This document shows, in pieces, positions 1 through 10,163 of a stretch of 32,000 bases of DNA (the stretch's first letter is position 1; each line of letters starts with the position of its first letter). The stretch covers positions 4,530,001 to 4,562,000 of the forward strand of contig NZ_CP015137.1 of NCBI RefSeq assembly GCF_001644705.1, read 5' to 3'. This DNA comes from Dickeya solani IPO 2222 (GTDB lineage: Bacteria; Pseudomonadota; Gammaproteobacteria; Enterobacterales; Enterobacteriaceae). The position numbers were made by a program, and so were the translations under genes. The notes under the pieces are model-generated. The model was given only the letters and a program-made list of their open reading frames with translations. It was not told the origin of the DNA and searched no databases.

Positions 1-741
1 GCCGCCGGATGGGTATTTCGTGGGAATTACCCGCATCTGGATGCGCGGGTAATCCACCAGCGCAACACGCAACGCCGCGATGGCTTCCGGTTTGTTGTCT
101 TCGATGCCCAGCAGGATACGTTGCGGTTGCAGCAGATGGTCGAGGATATCGACCCCCTGCGCGATCTCCTGCGCACACTCCTGCATCAGACGATCGTCGG
201 CGGTGATATAGGGTTCGCACTCGGCGGCGTTGATAATCAAGGTGTCGATGCCGCGCAGGCCGCCCTGCAGTTTGGCGGCGGTGGGAAAGCCGGCGCCGCC
301 CAGCCCGGCAATACCGGCCTGATGCAGATGCTCAACCAACTCGGACGGCGTCGCCTGACGGTAGTCGGTGAAGGGGCGGCGTTCGCACCAGCGGTCCTGT
401 CCGTCGGGAATGATAATGATGCTGAGTTCGGTCAGCCCGGAGGGGTGATTGCTCATATGCTGGCGGATGGCGTGCACCGTCCCAGAGGTTGGCGCGTGCA
501 CCGGCAGCATCCGGCCAGCGCCGCGTGTCAGCGGCTGGCCGCGCAGCACCGGATCGCCGGCTTTGACGCACAGGTCGCCTTCCGGTCCGAGATGTTGCTT
601 GAGCGGGATAATCAAATAGTCAGGCATGGGGGCCTGCCGCAGCGGAACCTGACTGGACTGGATTTTCATTTCCGGGGGATGGATTCCGCCTGAAAAATCC
701 CAGATTCTGTCTTTTCTGAAGGCGGCGAACAGCTTAAACAT
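1..741 (-). CDS. rsxC: Rsx/Rnf electron-transport complex subunit C, N-terminal 247 codons (the rest lies beyond the window start)
   Basis: Missing from the ORF track because it runs off the window edge. The reverse complement of 741..1 reads in frame from the ATG (739-741): [26 protein letters not shown]...[16 protein letters not shown]...[21 protein letters not shown]...[10 protein letters not shown]. This is collinear with E. coli RsxC as I remember it. The ATG overlaps the rsxB stop by 8 nt, and the operon order is rsxA-B-C. Confidence 0.9.
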   Translation of the reverse strand, partial: MFKLFAAFRKDRIWDFSGGIHPPEMKIQSSQVPLRQAPMPDYLIIPLKQHLGPEGDLCVKAGDPVLRGQPLTRGAGRMLPVHAPTSGTVHAIRQHMSNHPSGLTELSIIIIPDGQDRWCERRPFTDYRQATPSELVEHLHQAGIAGLGGAGFPTAAKLQGGLRGIDTLIINAAECEPYITADDRLMQECAQEIAQGVDILDHLLQPQRILLGIEDNKPEAIAALRVALVDYPRIQMRVIPTKYPSGG

Positions 742-1324
742 GATTTTCGATCACACGGTTTTCCGCCTGGATAACGCGCACCGGAATGGTGTCGAGATTC
801 CATTTCCAGCTGGCGGTCGTCGGGGCTAAAGGTCTTAATTCAATACAATCCGTTGGGCAGGGCGGCACACACAGGTTGCAGCCGGTGCACAGATCGCGGA
901 TGACGGTATGGACGGCGCGGGTGGTGCCGACAATGGCGTCCACCGGGCAGGCCTGGATGCATTTGGTACAACCGATGCAGTTGTCCTCATCGACCCAGGC
1001 GACCAGTGGCTCCGGTTTTTGCTGCGCCTCGGCGTCAAGCGGCTGCGGATCGACGTTCAGCCGTTCTGCCAGCTTAAGCATCAGCGGTTCGCCGCCCGGT
1101 ACGCATTTGTTGATGTGCTCGTTGTTGAGGGCGATCGCTTCGGCGTAGGGGCGGCAGCCGGGATAACCGCACTGGCCGCACTGACTTTGCGGCAGCATGG
1201 CATCCAGTTGCTCAACCACCGGGTCTTCTTCCACCTGAAAGCGGCGTGAGGCAAAGCCCAGGATTAACCCGAACACCAGCGCCACCGCGCTGAGCGCGGC
1301 TATGGCTATCCAGATGGTAATCAT
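734..1324 (-). CDS. rsxB: Rsx/Rnf complex subunit B (polyferredoxin-type Fe-S protein)
   Basis: 196-aa ORF with an N-terminal TM helix, a CGQCGYPGC cluster motif and two CxxCxxCxxxCP ferredoxin motifs ([24 protein letters not shown]). It sits between rsxA and rsxC. Confidence 0.95.
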   Translation of the reverse strand: MITIWIAIAALSAVALVFGLILGFASRRFQVEEDPVVEQLDAMLPQSQCGQCGYPGCRPYAEAIALNNEHINKCVPGGEPLMLKLAERLNVDPQPLDAEAQQKPEPLVAWVDEDNCIGCTKCIQACPVDAIVGTTRAVHTVIRDLCTGCNLCVPPCPTDCIELRPLAPTTASWKWNLDTIPVRVIQAENRVIENHV

Positions 1325-1905
1325 CAGAGTTTCACCAGACCGGTAAAACCCATAAAGGCCAGCGACATCAGGCCAGCCGTCACCAGTGCGATAGACGAGC
1401 CGCGGAATGGCGCGGGCACATCGGCCACGGCGAGGCGCTCGCGCAGCGCGGCAAACAGCACCAATACCAGAGAAAAGCCGACGGCGGCGCTGAAACCATA
1501 GATGGTTGATTGCAAAAAGTTGTGCGATTGATTCACGCTAAGCAACGCGACGCCGAGAACGGCGCAATTGGTGGTGATCAGCGGCAAAAAGATGCCCAGT
1601 AAACGGTAGAGCGCCGGGCTGGTTTTCCGCACCGCCAGTTCGGTGAATTGCACCACCACGGCAAAAACCAGGATAAAGGCCAGCGTGCGCAGATAGAGCA
1701 GGTTTAACGGCAGCAGCACGTAGGTGTTGACCAGCCAGGAGAACACCGACCCCACCGTCATCACAAATGTGGTGGCAAACCCCATGCCGATGGCGGCTTC
1801 CAGCTTTTTGGATACGCCCATGAACGGGCATAAGCCCAGGAATTTCACCAGTACGAAGTTGTTGACAAAAATTGTGCCAACAAACAGCAAGACATATTCG
1901 CTCAT
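1324..1905 (-). CDS. rsxA: Rsx/Rnf complex subunit A (integral membrane)
   Basis: The ORF track extends to 1995, but similarity to the 193-aa RsxA begins at ATG 1905 ([34 protein letters not shown]...). The stop shares one nucleotide with the rsxB start (TGATG at 1322-1326), suggesting translational coupling. Confidence 0.93.
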   Translation of the reverse strand: MSEYVLLFVGTIFVNNFVLVKFLGLCPFMGVSKKLEAAIGMGFATTFVMTVGSVFSWLVNTYVLLPLNLLYLRTLAFILVFAVVVQFTELAVRKTSPALYRLLGIFLPLITTNCAVLGVALLSVNQSHNFLQSTIYGFSAAVGFSLVLVLFAALRERLAVADVPAPFRGSSIALVTAGLMSLAFMGFTGLVKL

Positions 1906-2080
1906 TACAGTGCCTACAAAATAAAACCGGCGTATTATCGGGCATTGTCCGGCGTTCGGCAACTTACCCTCTGTACGGATATTAGGCAATCGCACTCATT
2001 GGGTGCGATAAAGAGTAAGTGGGCGCGAGAAACGGTAAGAAAATACGAAGAAATGTGCGAGAAAAGAGAACGCGGGAAGA

Positions 2081-2099
2081 GCGTGCGGCGGTGGCACGC
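2081..2099 (-). terminator. Weak candidate terminator hairpin downstream of cnu
   Basis: GCGTGC-N7-GCACGC stem-loop about 35 nt after the cnu stop. On the minus strand it is followed by a T/C-rich run (tcttcccgcgttctcttttctcg) with no clean U-tract. Confidence 0.3.
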
Positions 2100-2133
2100 G
2101 CATCCATGCTGTATCGTCATCGTCAGACTACCG

Positions 2134-2349
2134 TTAGACGACGAAGTGCCAGACGGATTTCGGCACTTGTCCGATATCAAACAGTTTTCCGCCGGCGGCT
2201 AATTCGGCGCGGCGATGATCGGCAGCCCGATACATATTGATAATGTCGTGATTGTCAGTCAGAGAATAATTCAAATGATCAAATAACTTCTCAAGACTTT
2301 CCAGTGTATTCACTTTTCTGAATTTCAATAAATATTCGTAGATACTCAT
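2134..2349 (-). CDS. cnu: Hha-family H-NS-binding modulator Cnu/YdgT
   Basis: 71 aa, [32 protein letters not shown]...[14 protein letters not shown]...[12 protein letters not shown]. Nearly collinear with E. coli Cnu and located upstream of rsxA as in E. coli. Confidence 0.93.
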   Translation of the reverse strand: MSIYEYLLKFRKVNTLESLEKLFDHLNYSLTDNHDIINMYRAADHRRAELAAGGKLFDIGQVPKSVWHFVV

Positions 2350-2807
2350 TTGCGTAAAATAGTCAAATAGAGTTTAAAGGGTATTCAGTATATTCGCCAC
2401 GGCGGTTCTGTCCAGCGATGAATTCAGAAACGCAGATTGTAATAGGCTGTCGTAATAAAGAACCATAAATCTACTTTATTTGTCATTGATGCTGAATAAC
2501 GTGGCTTTATTATTGATTTTATTGGCATATCCCACTAACTCTACTGCGGTGAAAAATGCAACAACGGAAAGCGCTGGAATAAGACAGTTAACATTTTATT
2601 CATATTGTGATGTTTTTCATGCACCCCACCCGATCTATGTCACATTTTTTTGCTTCGCTATTATTTCTTTTCATCTTTATGGAAACCTTTTGTTTCATTT
2701 AAATACGATGATATTCACGCGTAATAATGACGATTTTTTATTTTATTATTCGGAATATGACGTATTGCCTGGCTGTGCCGATACGGAGGCAATAACCGAA
2801 AGCGTCA

Positions 2808-2833
2808 CATGCCGGTACTGGGGTGCCGGCATG
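2808..2833 (-). terminator. Candidate terminator hairpin after araA
   Basis: 10-bp stem (catgccggta / tgccggcatg, one G-U pair) with a 6-nt loop, about 30 nt downstream of the araA stop. On the minus strand the tail (tgacgctttcggttatt) is only moderately T-rich. Confidence 0.35.
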
Positions 2834-2861
2834 TGACGGATGACGTGATGGATCGCCGGTA

Positions 2862-4373
2862 TTACGCCCGGTGCCCGCACAGCTTGTAGTACAACTCGTT
2901 CCAGCGCAGCCCGTCTCTGAAGGCGGGCAGAGTGGTGTCCTGATCAATCACCGTCAGTTCGATGTTGTGCAGGTCAGCGTACAGCCGCAGGTAGTCAAGA
3001 TCGAGCGATTGGGTAAACACGGTATGGTGGGCGCCGCCCGCCAGAATCCAGGCTTCGGCCGCCGTTTCCAGCGACGGCTGCGCCTGCCAGAGCGCGCGGG
3101 CGACCGGCAGTTTTGGCAACGGATGTGGCTGCGCGATGGTATCTACCTGATTAACCAGCAGGCGGAAACGATCGCCCAGATCGATCACGCTGACGTTTAG
3201 CGCCGATCCGGCCGGCGCGGAAAAGATCAACCGTACCGGATCCGCTTTGCCGCCGATCCCGAGGTATTGCGCATCCAACAGCGGTTTTTCCTCGCTGGCG
3301 ATGCTGGGGCACACTTCCAGCATATGGGCGCCCAATACCAGATTGTTGCCGGGGGCGAAATGGTAGGTGTAATCCTCCATGAAAGAGGTGCCGCCGGGCA
3401 ATCCTTGCGCCATGACCTTCATCACGCGCAGCAGTGCGGCGGTTTTCCAGTCGCCTTCGGCGCCGAACCCGTATCCTTGTTGCATCAGGCGCTGTACCGC
3501 CACGCCGGGCAGTTGCTTGAGGCCGTAGAGGTTTTCGAAATTGGTGGTGAAGGCTTTAAAGCTGCCCTGATCGAGAAAACGTTTCAGGCCGAGTTCGATG
3601 CGGGCCGCATCCAACAGATTTTGCCGCTTCGGACCATGCAGTTTGAGCGCTTCACTGAGGGTGTAGGTGGCTTCATACTCTTCAATCAACGTATTGACGT
3701 CGCCCTGGCTGACATCGTCCACCACGCCGACCAGATCCCCCAGTCCCCAGGCGCTGACCGAGTAACCAAACTGAATTTGTGCTCCGACTTTATCGCCTTC
3801 GGTGACCGCCACTTCCCGCATGTTATCGCCAAAACGGGCGACCTTGAGCTGACGGCTTTCCTGTAGCGCCGCCGCTACCCGCATCCATTTGGCGATGCGC
3901 TCATGGGCGTGGCGATCCTGCCAGTGGCCGACCACCACCTGATGGGGCTGGCGCATGCGTGCGCCGATAAAACCGAACTCACGCCCGCCGTGGGCGGTCT
4001 GGTTCAGGTTCATGAAATCCATGTCCATGGTGTCCCAGGGGATATCGGCGTTGAACTGGGTATGGAACTGCAGCAGCGGTTTGTTGAGGATGCTCAGGCC
4101 GCCGATCCACATTTTGGCGGGCGAGAAGGTATGCAGCCAGGCCAGCAGCCCGATGCAGTTATCCTGATAATTGGCATCGCGGCACAGCGCGGTGATTTCA
4201 TCCGGGGTTTTGACCAACGGTTTGAGTACCAGCCGCACCGGCAGATTGGCGTCGCGGTTAAGGCCATTCACCACTTTTTCGGCGTTCTCTTTCACCTGAC
4301 GCAGTGCTTCCGGGCCATACAGATGCTGACTGCCAATCACAAACCAGACTTCGAGCGGCTTAAATTGTTCCAT
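2862..4373 (-). CDS. araA: L-arabinose isomerase
   Basis: The track ORF starts at 4397. The homology start is ATG 4373 ([27 protein letters not shown]...), preceded by AGGAG. About 500 aa and collinear with E. coli AraA along the whole length. Confidence 0.96.
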   Translation of the reverse strand: MEQFKPLEVWFVIGSQHLYGPEALRQVKENAEKVVNGLNRDANLPVRLVLKPLVKTPDEITALCRDANYQDNCIGLLAWLHTFSPAKMWIGGLSILNKPLLQFHTQFNADIPWDTMDMDFMNLNQTAHGGREFGFIGARMRQPHQVVVGHWQDRHAHERIAKWMRVAAALQESRQLKVARFGDNMREVAVTEGDKVGAQIQFGYSVSAWGLGDLVGVVDDVSQGDVNTLIEEYEATYTLSEALKLHGPKRQNLLDAARIELGLKRFLDQGSFKAFTTNFENLYGLKQLPGVAVQRLMQQGYGFGAEGDWKTAALLRVMKVMAQGLPGGTSFMEDYTYHFAPGNNLVLGAHMLEVCPSIASEEKPLLDAQYLGIGGKADPVRLIFSAPAGSALNVSVIDLGDRFRLLVNQVDTIAQPHPLPKLPVARALWQAQPSLETAAEAWILAGGAHHTVFTQSLDLDYLRLYADLHNIELTVIDQDTTLPAFRDGLRWNELYYKLCGHRA

Positions 4374-4427
4374 GATGACTCCTGTTTGGGTTCCCAAAGG
4401 GATGTAAAAGTGATGTTCGGCAAACGC

Positions 4428-6113
4428 TCAATGGTCTGCCCCGGTCCGGGGGCTGTAGGCGGGTTCCGCCAGCCGACACCACTGCTGATAACGTTCGTAC
4501 AGCTGTTGATAACGGGCGACCCGTTTCGGGTCGGGCATCAGGGTACGTTCGATGCCGCAGGCCATATGCTGTTGGGCGACTGGGATATCCGGGTGAATCC
4601 CGGCCGCTACGGCGGCGAAGATGGCGGCTCCCAGCGCGCAACACTGATCCGAGGCGACGATCTGCATCGGGCGATTCATGACGTCGGTGCAGACTTGCAT
4701 GATGGTGGTGGATTTACGGGCGATGCCGCCCAGCGCCAGCAGGTTTTCCACCGGGATCTGCTGAGATTCGAAACAGGCCATGATGGCGCGGGCGCCAAAC
4801 GCGGTGGCGGCGATCAACCCGCCAAACAGCGCCGGCGCGTCGGTGCCGAGATTGAGATCGGTGATCACCCCTTTGAGTCGCTGGTTGGCGAACGGCGTGC
4901 GGCGGCCGTTAAACCAGTCGAGCACCACCGGCAGGTGATCGAGCGAAGGATCGTTGGCCCAGGCTTGCGTCAACTGCGTCAGCAGGCTGGACTGCAACTG
5001 CTCCAGTTGCGGCTGCCAGTCGGGGTGTTCGCGGGCGGCCAGTTGTAGCGGCCAGCCCAGCACGCGGCCAAACCAGGCGTACATGTCGCCGAAGGCGGAT
5101 TGCCCGGCTTCCAGACCGATATAACCGGGCACCACGCTGCCGTCCACCTGGCCGCAGATCCCGGCGATCGTTTTGTCGCCGACTCGATCCGCATCGGCGA
5201 TCACAATGTCGCAGGTCGAGGTGCCGATCACTTTGACCAGCGTGTAGGGTTGCGCCCCGGCGCCGACGGCGCCCATATGGCAATCGAAGGCGCCGCCGGC
5301 GATAACGACCTGTTCCGATAAGCCTAACCGACGCGCCCATTCCGGCGTCAGCGTGCCGACCGGACGATCGGCGGTCCAGGTATCGGTAAACAGTGGGTAC
5401 TGTAGTTTTTCGGTCAGGCAGGGGTCGAGCGCCTGCAGAAAGTCTTTTGGCGGCAGGCCGCCCCAGTCGGGATGCCACAGCGATTTGTGTCCGGCGCTGC
5501 AACGGCCGCGGCGGATGGCGTCAGGCGCCGTGGTGCCGGAGAGCAGGGCAGGCACCCAGTCGCACAATTCTACCCAGGAAACCGCCGCCTGACGCACGGA
5601 GGGATCTTGCCGGCTGATATGGAGAATTTTGGCCCAGAACCATTCTGATGAGTACACCCCGCCGATGTAACGGGTGTAATCCGGGAACTGGCCGCTACGG
5701 CACAGTTGGTTGATGGCTTCCGCCTCGTCAATCGCGGTGTGGTCTTTCCACAGCACAAACATGGCGTTGGGGTTGTCCGCGAATTCCGGATGCAATGCCA
5801 GCACGTTGCCCTGTTCATCAATCGGCGCCGGGGTGGAGCCGGTGGAGTCGACGCCAATACCGATTATCTGCTGGCGCTGCTCAGGAGTAAGCCGCGCCAC
5901 CACCGCGCGGATCGCCAGCTCCAGCGATTCGATGTAATCCAGCGGATGATGGCGGAACTGATTGCTGGCGGGATGACAATATTGTCCCTGGCGCCAGCGC
6001 GGATAGTAAACCACTTCTGTTTCCAGCTCCTGCCCGCTGCGGCAATCCACCGCCAGCGCACGGACAGAATCGCTGCCAAAATCAAGACCAAGAGTAATGG
6101 CGCCCGCACTCAT
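4428..6113 (-). CDS. araB: Ribulokinase
   Basis: 561 aa, [24 protein letters not shown]...[22 protein letters not shown]...[20 protein letters not shown]. Collinear with E. coli AraB. AGGAG lies 8 nt upstream of the ATG, and araA starts 54 nt downstream of the stop. Confidence 0.96.
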   Translation of the reverse strand: MSAGAITLGLDFGSDSVRALAVDCRSGQELETEVVYYPRWRQGQYCHPASNQFRHHPLDYIESLELAIRAVVARLTPEQRQQIIGIGVDSTGSTPAPIDEQGNVLALHPEFADNPNAMFVLWKDHTAIDEAEAINQLCRSGQFPDYTRYIGGVYSSEWFWAKILHISRQDPSVRQAAVSWVELCDWVPALLSGTTAPDAIRRGRCSAGHKSLWHPDWGGLPPKDFLQALDPCLTEKLQYPLFTDTWTADRPVGTLTPEWARRLGLSEQVVIAGGAFDCHMGAVGAGAQPYTLVKVIGTSTCDIVIADADRVGDKTIAGICGQVDGSVVPGYIGLEAGQSAFGDMYAWFGRVLGWPLQLAAREHPDWQPQLEQLQSSLLTQLTQAWANDPSLDHLPVVLDWFNGRRTPFANQRLKGVITDLNLGTDAPALFGGLIAATAFGARAIMACFESQQIPVENLLALGGIARKSTTIMQVCTDVMNRPMQIVASDQCCALGAAIFAAVAAGIHPDIPVAQQHMACGIERTLMPDPKRVARYQQLYERYQQWCRLAEPAYSPRTGADH

Positions 6114-6225
6114 CGTTGCTGCTCCTGTTAATCGTAGGGATCACGCTGTTTACGATAGACAGGCCGTTCTGGCGCCGTGAGGAGCGGTTGGCTGGAAGTA
6201 TGCATTTTTCTGTCACAGACAGGGG

Positions 6226-6247
6226 TTTTGTGATGGCGGTCATAAGT
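6226..6247. promoter_or_regulatory. CRP-binding site candidate in the araB-araF divergent region
   Basis: tttTGTGAtggcggTCATAagt matches the consensus TGTGA-N6-TCACA at 9 of 10 core positions. It lies 8 nt from the I2-like AraC half-site. Confidence 0.5.
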
Positions 6248-6252
6248 TAATG

Positions 6253-6290
6253 GCAGGTTAAATTTGCTGAATCTATGTACGAATCGGCTG
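6253..6290 (-). promoter_or_regulatory. araI-like tandem AraC half-sites (I1-like and I2-like)
   Basis: The minus strand 6290->6253 reads CAGCCGATTCGTACATA-gatt-CAGCAAATTTAACCTGC. E. coli araI as I recall it is TAGCATTTTTATCCATA-agat-TAGCGGATCCTACCTGA. Shared features: 17-bp half-sites, 4-bp linker, 21-bp phasing, AGC-N7 then TACATA vs TCCATA and ACCTGC vs ACCTGA. The orientation points toward araB. Confidence 0.55.
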
Positions 6291-6298
6291 TAGTTTCT

Positions 6299-6320
6299 GA
6301 ATGTGATAATGCTCTCTCTT
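6299..6320. promoter_or_regulatory. Second, weaker CRP-like site flanking the araI-like element
   Basis: aaTGTGAtaatgcTCTCTctt has one consensus half-site and one weak one. The TCACA (minus strand) ends 11 nt upstream of the I1-like half-site, similar to the CRP-araI1 spacing at E. coli PBAD. Confidence 0.3.
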
Positions 6321-6495
6321 CGTGATGAAAATAACAGCTACAACTTACGCGTCTGAAGGAAGCAGGAGGATGAAATCACAATAACTCTTTGTTTTTTCAT
6401 TGCTCCCAAAAGGAACATCTTGCCGAGAGCGTTTACACACGTGAGGGCATCCCCGATTGCCAGCGTGTTAAAGATAACAATGAGCGGAGAAGACC

Positions 6496-7479
6496 ATGCA
6501 TAAATTCACTAAGGTTCTGGCAGCGATTGGCCTGGCCGCGGTTATGTCACAATCAGCTATCGCGGAAAACATGAAACTGGGCTTTCTGGTCAAACAGCCG
6601 GAAGAACCCTGGTTCCAGACCGAATGGCGGTTCGCTGACAAGGCCGGTAAAGACCTGGGATTTGACGTTATCAAGATCGCCGTACCGGATGGCGAAAAGA
6701 CCCTCAATGCTATCGACAGCCTGGCGGCCAGCGGCGCTAAAGGGTTTGTCATCTGTACCCCCGACCCGAAGCTGGGTGCGGCTATCGTGGCCAAGGCGCG
6801 CAGCTATAACCTGAAAGTGATCGCGGTGGACGATCAGTTCGTCAACGCCAAAGGGCAGCCGATGGACAGCGTACCGCTGGTCATGATGGCCGCCACCAAG
6901 ATTGGCGAGCGTCAGGGGCAGGAGTTGTGGAAAGAGATGCAGAAACGTGGCTGGAAACTGCAGGACACGGCCGTCATGGCGATCACCGCCAACGAGCTGG
7001 ATACCGCCCGCCGCCGTACCTCCGGTTCGATGGATGCACTGAAAGCGGTCGGGTTCCCGGAAAAACAGATCTATCAGGTACCCACCAAATCCAATGATAT
7101 CCCCGGCGCGTTTGACGCCGCCAACTCACTGCTGGTGCAGCATCCGAACGTGAAAAACTGGCTGGTGATCGGCATGAACGACAACACCGTGCTGGGCGGC
7201 GTGCGGGCGACTGAAGGGCAGGGATTCAAAGCCGGTAACGTAATCGGCATCGGCATCAACGGGGTGGATGCGGTCAGCGAACTGTCCAAGTCGCAGCCGA
7301 CCGGTTTCTACGGCTCGCTGCTGCCCAGCCCGGACGTGCACGGCTACAAGAGCATCCAGATGCTGCATGACTGGGTGACCAAAGGCGTCGAACCGCAGAA
7401 ATTCACCGAAGTGACCGATGTGGTGCTGATTACCCGCGATAACTTCAAGACCGAACTGCAGAAGAAAGGCCTGATGTAA
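6496..7479 (+). CDS. araF: L-arabinose ABC transporter periplasmic binding protein
   Basis: 327 aa. Signal peptide [23 protein letters not shown], then [33 protein letters not shown]... Near-identical in long stretches to E. coli AraF. Confidence 0.97.
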   Translation: MHKFTKVLAAIGLAAVMSQSAIAENMKLGFLVKQPEEPWFQTEWRFADKAGKDLGFDVIKIAVPDGEKTLNAIDSLAASGAKGFVICTPDPKLGAAIVAKARSYNLKVIAVDDQFVNAKGQPMDSVPLVMMAATKIGERQGQELWKEMQKRGWKLQDTAVMAITANELDTARRRTSGSMDALKAVGFPEKQIYQVPTKSNDIPGAFDAANSLLVQHPNVKNWLVIGMNDNTVLGGVRATEGQGFKAGNVIGIGINGVDAVSELSKSQPTGFYGSLLPSPDVHGYKSIQMLHDWVTKGVEPQKFTEVTDVVLITRDNFKTELQKKGLM

Positions 7480-7487
7480 TGACCCTT

Positions 7488-7519
7488 GTCCACTCCCACC
7501 TTAGCCGGCGGGGGTGGAC
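7488..7519 (+). other. Intercistronic GC-rich stem-loop between araF and araG
   Basis: GTCCACTCCC-N12-GGGGGTGGAC, a 10-bp stem with one G-U pair. It starts 9 nt after the araF stop inside a 89-nt araF-araG spacer. Confidence 0.6.
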
Positions 7520-7568
7520 ACTGGCCGCGCCGTCCTACATGACGGCGCAGACCATTGAGGATGCTGAA

Positions 7569-9092
7569 ATGACCGTACAGTCACCTTATTTATCTTTCCG
7601 CGGGATCGGCAAGGTTTTTCCCGGTGTCAAGGCACTGGATGACATCAGTTTCGACTGCCATGCCGGACAAATCCATGCGCTGATGGGGGAAAACGGCGCG
7701 GGAAAATCCACATTGCTGAAAATTTTGAGCGGCAATTACTCGCCGTCACAGGGAGAAATTCATATTAAAGGGCAGCCGGTGCGCTTCGCCAATACGATGG
7801 ATGCGCTGAACGCCGGGGTGGCGATTATCTACCAGGAGCTGCATCTGGTGCCGGAAATGACGGTGGCGGAGAACATCTATCTGGGACAGCTGCCGCACAA
7901 AGGCGGGCTGGTGAATCGCTCATTGCTGCGTTATGAATCGCGTTTGCAACTGGAACATCTGGGGTTGGATATCGACCCGGATACGCCGCTGAAATACCTG
8001 TCCATCGGCCAATGGCAGATGGTGGAGATCGCTAAGGCGCTGGCGCGCAACGCCAAGATCATCGCCTTTGACGAGCCAACCAGCTCGCTGTCGGCGCGGG
8101 AAATCGAACAGCTGTTCCGGGTGATCCGCGAGTTGCGCAGCGAAGGCCGGGTGATTCTGTATGTGTCGCACCGTATGGAGGAAATCTTTACTCTCAGCGA
8201 TGCCATTACCGTGTTCAAAGACGGGCGTTATGTCAAAACCTTCGCCGACATGCAGCAGGTTGACCATGAACAGTTGGTGCAGGCGATGGTGGGCCGCAAT
8301 CTGGGCGACATCTACGGCTATCAGCCGCGTCCGCATGGCGACCCGCGGCTGGAATTGCAGGCGGTGAAAGCGGTCGGGGTGAAGTCGCCGATTTCGTTGT
8401 CGGTGCGCAGCGGCGAAATTGTCGGCCTGTTCGGGCTGGTGGGCGCCGGGCGCAGCGAACTGATGAAGGCGCTGTTCGGCGCTACCGGCATTACCAGCGG
8501 CGAGGTGCGGCTGGATGGGCAGGCGTTGCACGCCCGTTCGCCCGGCGACGCGATCCGCCACGGGCTGATGCTGTGCCCGGAGGACCGTAAAGCCGACGGC
8601 ATCATTCCGGTACATTCTGTGCGGGATAACATCAATATCAGCGCCCGCCGCAAACATATCAAAAGCGGCTTTATCATCAATGACGCCTGGGAGGAGGAAA
8701 ACGCCGACCGCCATATTCAGGCGCTGAATATCAAAACGCCGTCGCCGGCGCAGTTGATCATGAACCTGTCCGGCGGCAACCAGCAGAAGGCGATTCTCGG
8801 CCGCTGGCTGTCGGAAGAGATGAAAGTGATCATGCTGGACGAACCGACCCGCGGCATTGACGTCGGCGCCAAGCACGAGATTTACCACGTGATTTATGAA
8901 CTGGCCCGTCAGGGTATTGCAGTGCTGTTTGCGTCCAGTGACCTGCCCGAAGTGCTGGGGCTGGCGGACCGCATCGTGGTGATGCGCGAGGGCGCCATTT
9001 CCGGCGAACTGCTGCACGATGAGGCCAGCGAACAGAAGGTCCTGAGTCTGGCGATGTTGAAAACGACCGCCACTGAACCCGCGGTTGCCTGA
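7569..9092 (+). CDS. araG: L-arabinose ABC transporter ATP-binding protein (duplicated ABC domains)
   Basis: The track ORF starts at 7479. The homology start is ATG 7569 ([28 protein letters not shown]...), preceded by GAGGA. It has two Walker A motifs ([19 protein letters not shown]) and the signature LSGGNQQK. Collinear with the 504-aa E. coli AraG. Confidence 0.95.
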   Translation: MTVQSPYLSFRGIGKVFPGVKALDDISFDCHAGQIHALMGENGAGKSTLLKILSGNYSPSQGEIHIKGQPVRFANTMDALNAGVAIIYQELHLVPEMTVAENIYLGQLPHKGGLVNRSLLRYESRLQLEHLGLDIDPDTPLKYLSIGQWQMVEIAKALARNAKIIAFDEPTSSLSAREIEQLFRVIRELRSEGRVILYVSHRMEEIFTLSDAITVFKDGRYVKTFADMQQVDHEQLVQAMVGRNLGDIYGYQPRPHGDPRLELQAVKAVGVKSPISLSVRSGEIVGLFGLVGAGRSELMKALFGATGITSGEVRLDGQALHARSPGDAIRHGLMLCPEDRKADGIIPVHSVRDNINISARRKHIKSGFIINDAWEEENADRHIQALNIKTPSPAQLIMNLSGGNQQKAILGRWLSEEMKVIMLDEPTRGIDVGAKHEIYHVIYELARQGIAVLFASSDLPEVLGLADRIVVMREGAISGELLHDEASEQKVLSLAMLKTTATEPAVA

Positions 9093-9110
9093 CCGCCAAG
9101 GAGTCGATGA

Positions 9111-10097
9111 ATGTCTACGGTGAGTTCCCCTTCCCACGCCAGCAAATCTCAAGGCCTCAGCCTGTCCCGCATCTGGGATAACTACGGCATGTTGGTGGTG
9201 TTTGCTGCGCTGTTCCTGGCCTGTATGTTATTCGTACCGAATTTCGCCACCTTCATCAACATGAAAGGGTTGGGGCTGGCGATTTCCATGTCGGGCATGG
9301 TGGCCTGCGGCATGCTGTTTTGTCTGGCTTCCGGCGATTTCGACCTGTCGGTCGCCTCGGTGATTGCCTGCGCCGGCGTGACCACCGCCGTGGTGATCAA
9401 CGCCAGCGAAAGCCTGTGGCTGGGCGTTGGCGCCGGGCTGTTGCTGGGTGTGGCGTTCGGCCTGCTCAATGGCTTTGTTATCGCCCAACTAAAAATCAAC
9501 GCCCTGATCACCACGCTGGCCACCATGCAGATTGTGCGCGGTCTGGCGTACATCATTTCTGACGGTAAGGCGGTCGGTATCGAAGACGAGCGCTTTTTCA
9601 CCCTGGGATACGCTAACTGGCTGGGATTGCCGGCGCCGATCTGGCTGACGGTTTTCTGCATGGTGCTGTTCGGTTTGCTGCTGAACAAGACCACCTTTGG
9701 CCGCAACACGCTGGCGATCGGCGGTAACGAGGAGGCTGCGCGGCTGGCTGGGGTGCCGGTGGTGCGGACCAAAATCATTATTTTCGGCCTGTCCGGGCTG
9801 GTTTCCGCCGCAGCGGGCATCATCCTGGCGTCGCGCATGACCAGCGGCCAGCCGATGACGTCGATCGGTTATGAATTGATCGTGATTTCGGCCTGCGTAC
9901 TGGGCGGTGTGTCACTGAAAGGCGGCATCGGCAAGATATCCTATGTGGTGGCCGGGGTGTTGATTCTGGGGACGGTGGAAAACGCCATGAACCTGCTGAA
10001 TATTTCGCCTTTTGCCCAGTATGTGGTGCGTGGTCTGATTCTGCTGGCGGCGGTGATCTTTGACCGCTACAAGCAACTGGCGAAGAAAACGGTTTGA
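9111..10097 (+). CDS. araH: L-arabinose ABC transporter permease
   Basis: 328 aa, ...IWDNYGMLVVFAALFLACMLFVPNFATFINMKGLGLAISMSGMVACGMLFCLASGDFDLSVASVIACAGV... Highly similar to E. coli AraH. A GGAG lies upstream of the ATG. Confidence 0.96.
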   Translation: MSTVSSPSHASKSQGLSLSRIWDNYGMLVVFAALFLACMLFVPNFATFINMKGLGLAISMSGMVACGMLFCLASGDFDLSVASVIACAGVTTAVVINASESLWLGVGAGLLLGVAFGLLNGFVIAQLKINALITTLATMQIVRGLAYIISDGKAVGIEDERFFTLGYANWLGLPAPIWLTVFCMVLFGLLLNKTTFGRNTLAIGGNEEAARLAGVPVVRTKIIIFGLSGLVSAAAGIILASRMTSGQPMTSIGYELIVISACVLGGVSLKGGIGKISYVVAGVLILGTVENAMNLLNISPFAQYVVRGLILLAAVIFDRYKQLAKKTV

Positions 10098-10102
10098 TGG
10101 AC

Positions 10103-10130
10103 GGATGCGCCGGCGTGGCCGGCGCTATCC
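10103..10130 (+). other. GC-rich stem-loop between araH and araC
   Basis: GGATGCGCCGGC-gtg-GCCGGCGCtATCC has an 8-bp perfect GC core and 4 flanking pairs with one bulge. It starts 6 nt after the araH stop. There is no adjacent U-tract; a T6 run lies about 20 nt further on. Confidence 0.55.
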
Positions 10131-10163
10131 ATGACAGACGAGAATCTTTTTTCAGGAGGCCGT

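Noticed and set aside
121-693. 190-aa plus-strand ORF at the window start
   Set aside because: It lies antisense to a clearly recognisable rsxC reading frame (minus strand 1-741). Its composition is Gly/Ala/Arg-rich, typical of the reverse frame of a GC-rich gene, and it has no RBS.
1906-2133. ORFs 1935-2180 (minus), 1945-2202 (plus) and 2019-2240 (plus) in the cnu-rsxA gap, as a possible ydgK replacement
   Set aside because: They are Arg-rich, non-hydrophobic translations that overlap the cnu 3' end, and none resembles the small membrane protein YdgK. They are more likely non-coding rsxA promoter and cnu terminator sequence.
2480-2836. 118-aa ORF in the AT-rich cnu-araA spacer
   Set aside because: It has a TTG start and no Shine-Dalgarno sequence. 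Its Phe/Leu/Tyr/Asn-rich composition is what AT-rich non-coding DNA produces, and it has no family resemblance.
3903-5048. 381-aa plus-strand ORF spanning the araA/araB junction
   Set aside because: It is antisense to araA and araB, both of which match E. coli proteins end to end. It is an open antisense frame caused by GC3-rich codon usage.
6364-6384. Mini-ORF AGGAGG-ATG-AAA-TCA-CAA-TAA in the araF leader (possible leader peptide)
   Set aside because: The Shine-Dalgarno-like AGGAGG abuts the ATG with zero spacing, which is unfavourable for initiation. With only 4 codons and no linked attenuator structure, I treat it as chance.
7920-9152. 410-aa minus-strand ORF opposite araG
   Set aside because: It is antisense to araG. 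It is Arg/Gln/His-rich and low-complexity, and shows no family resemblance.
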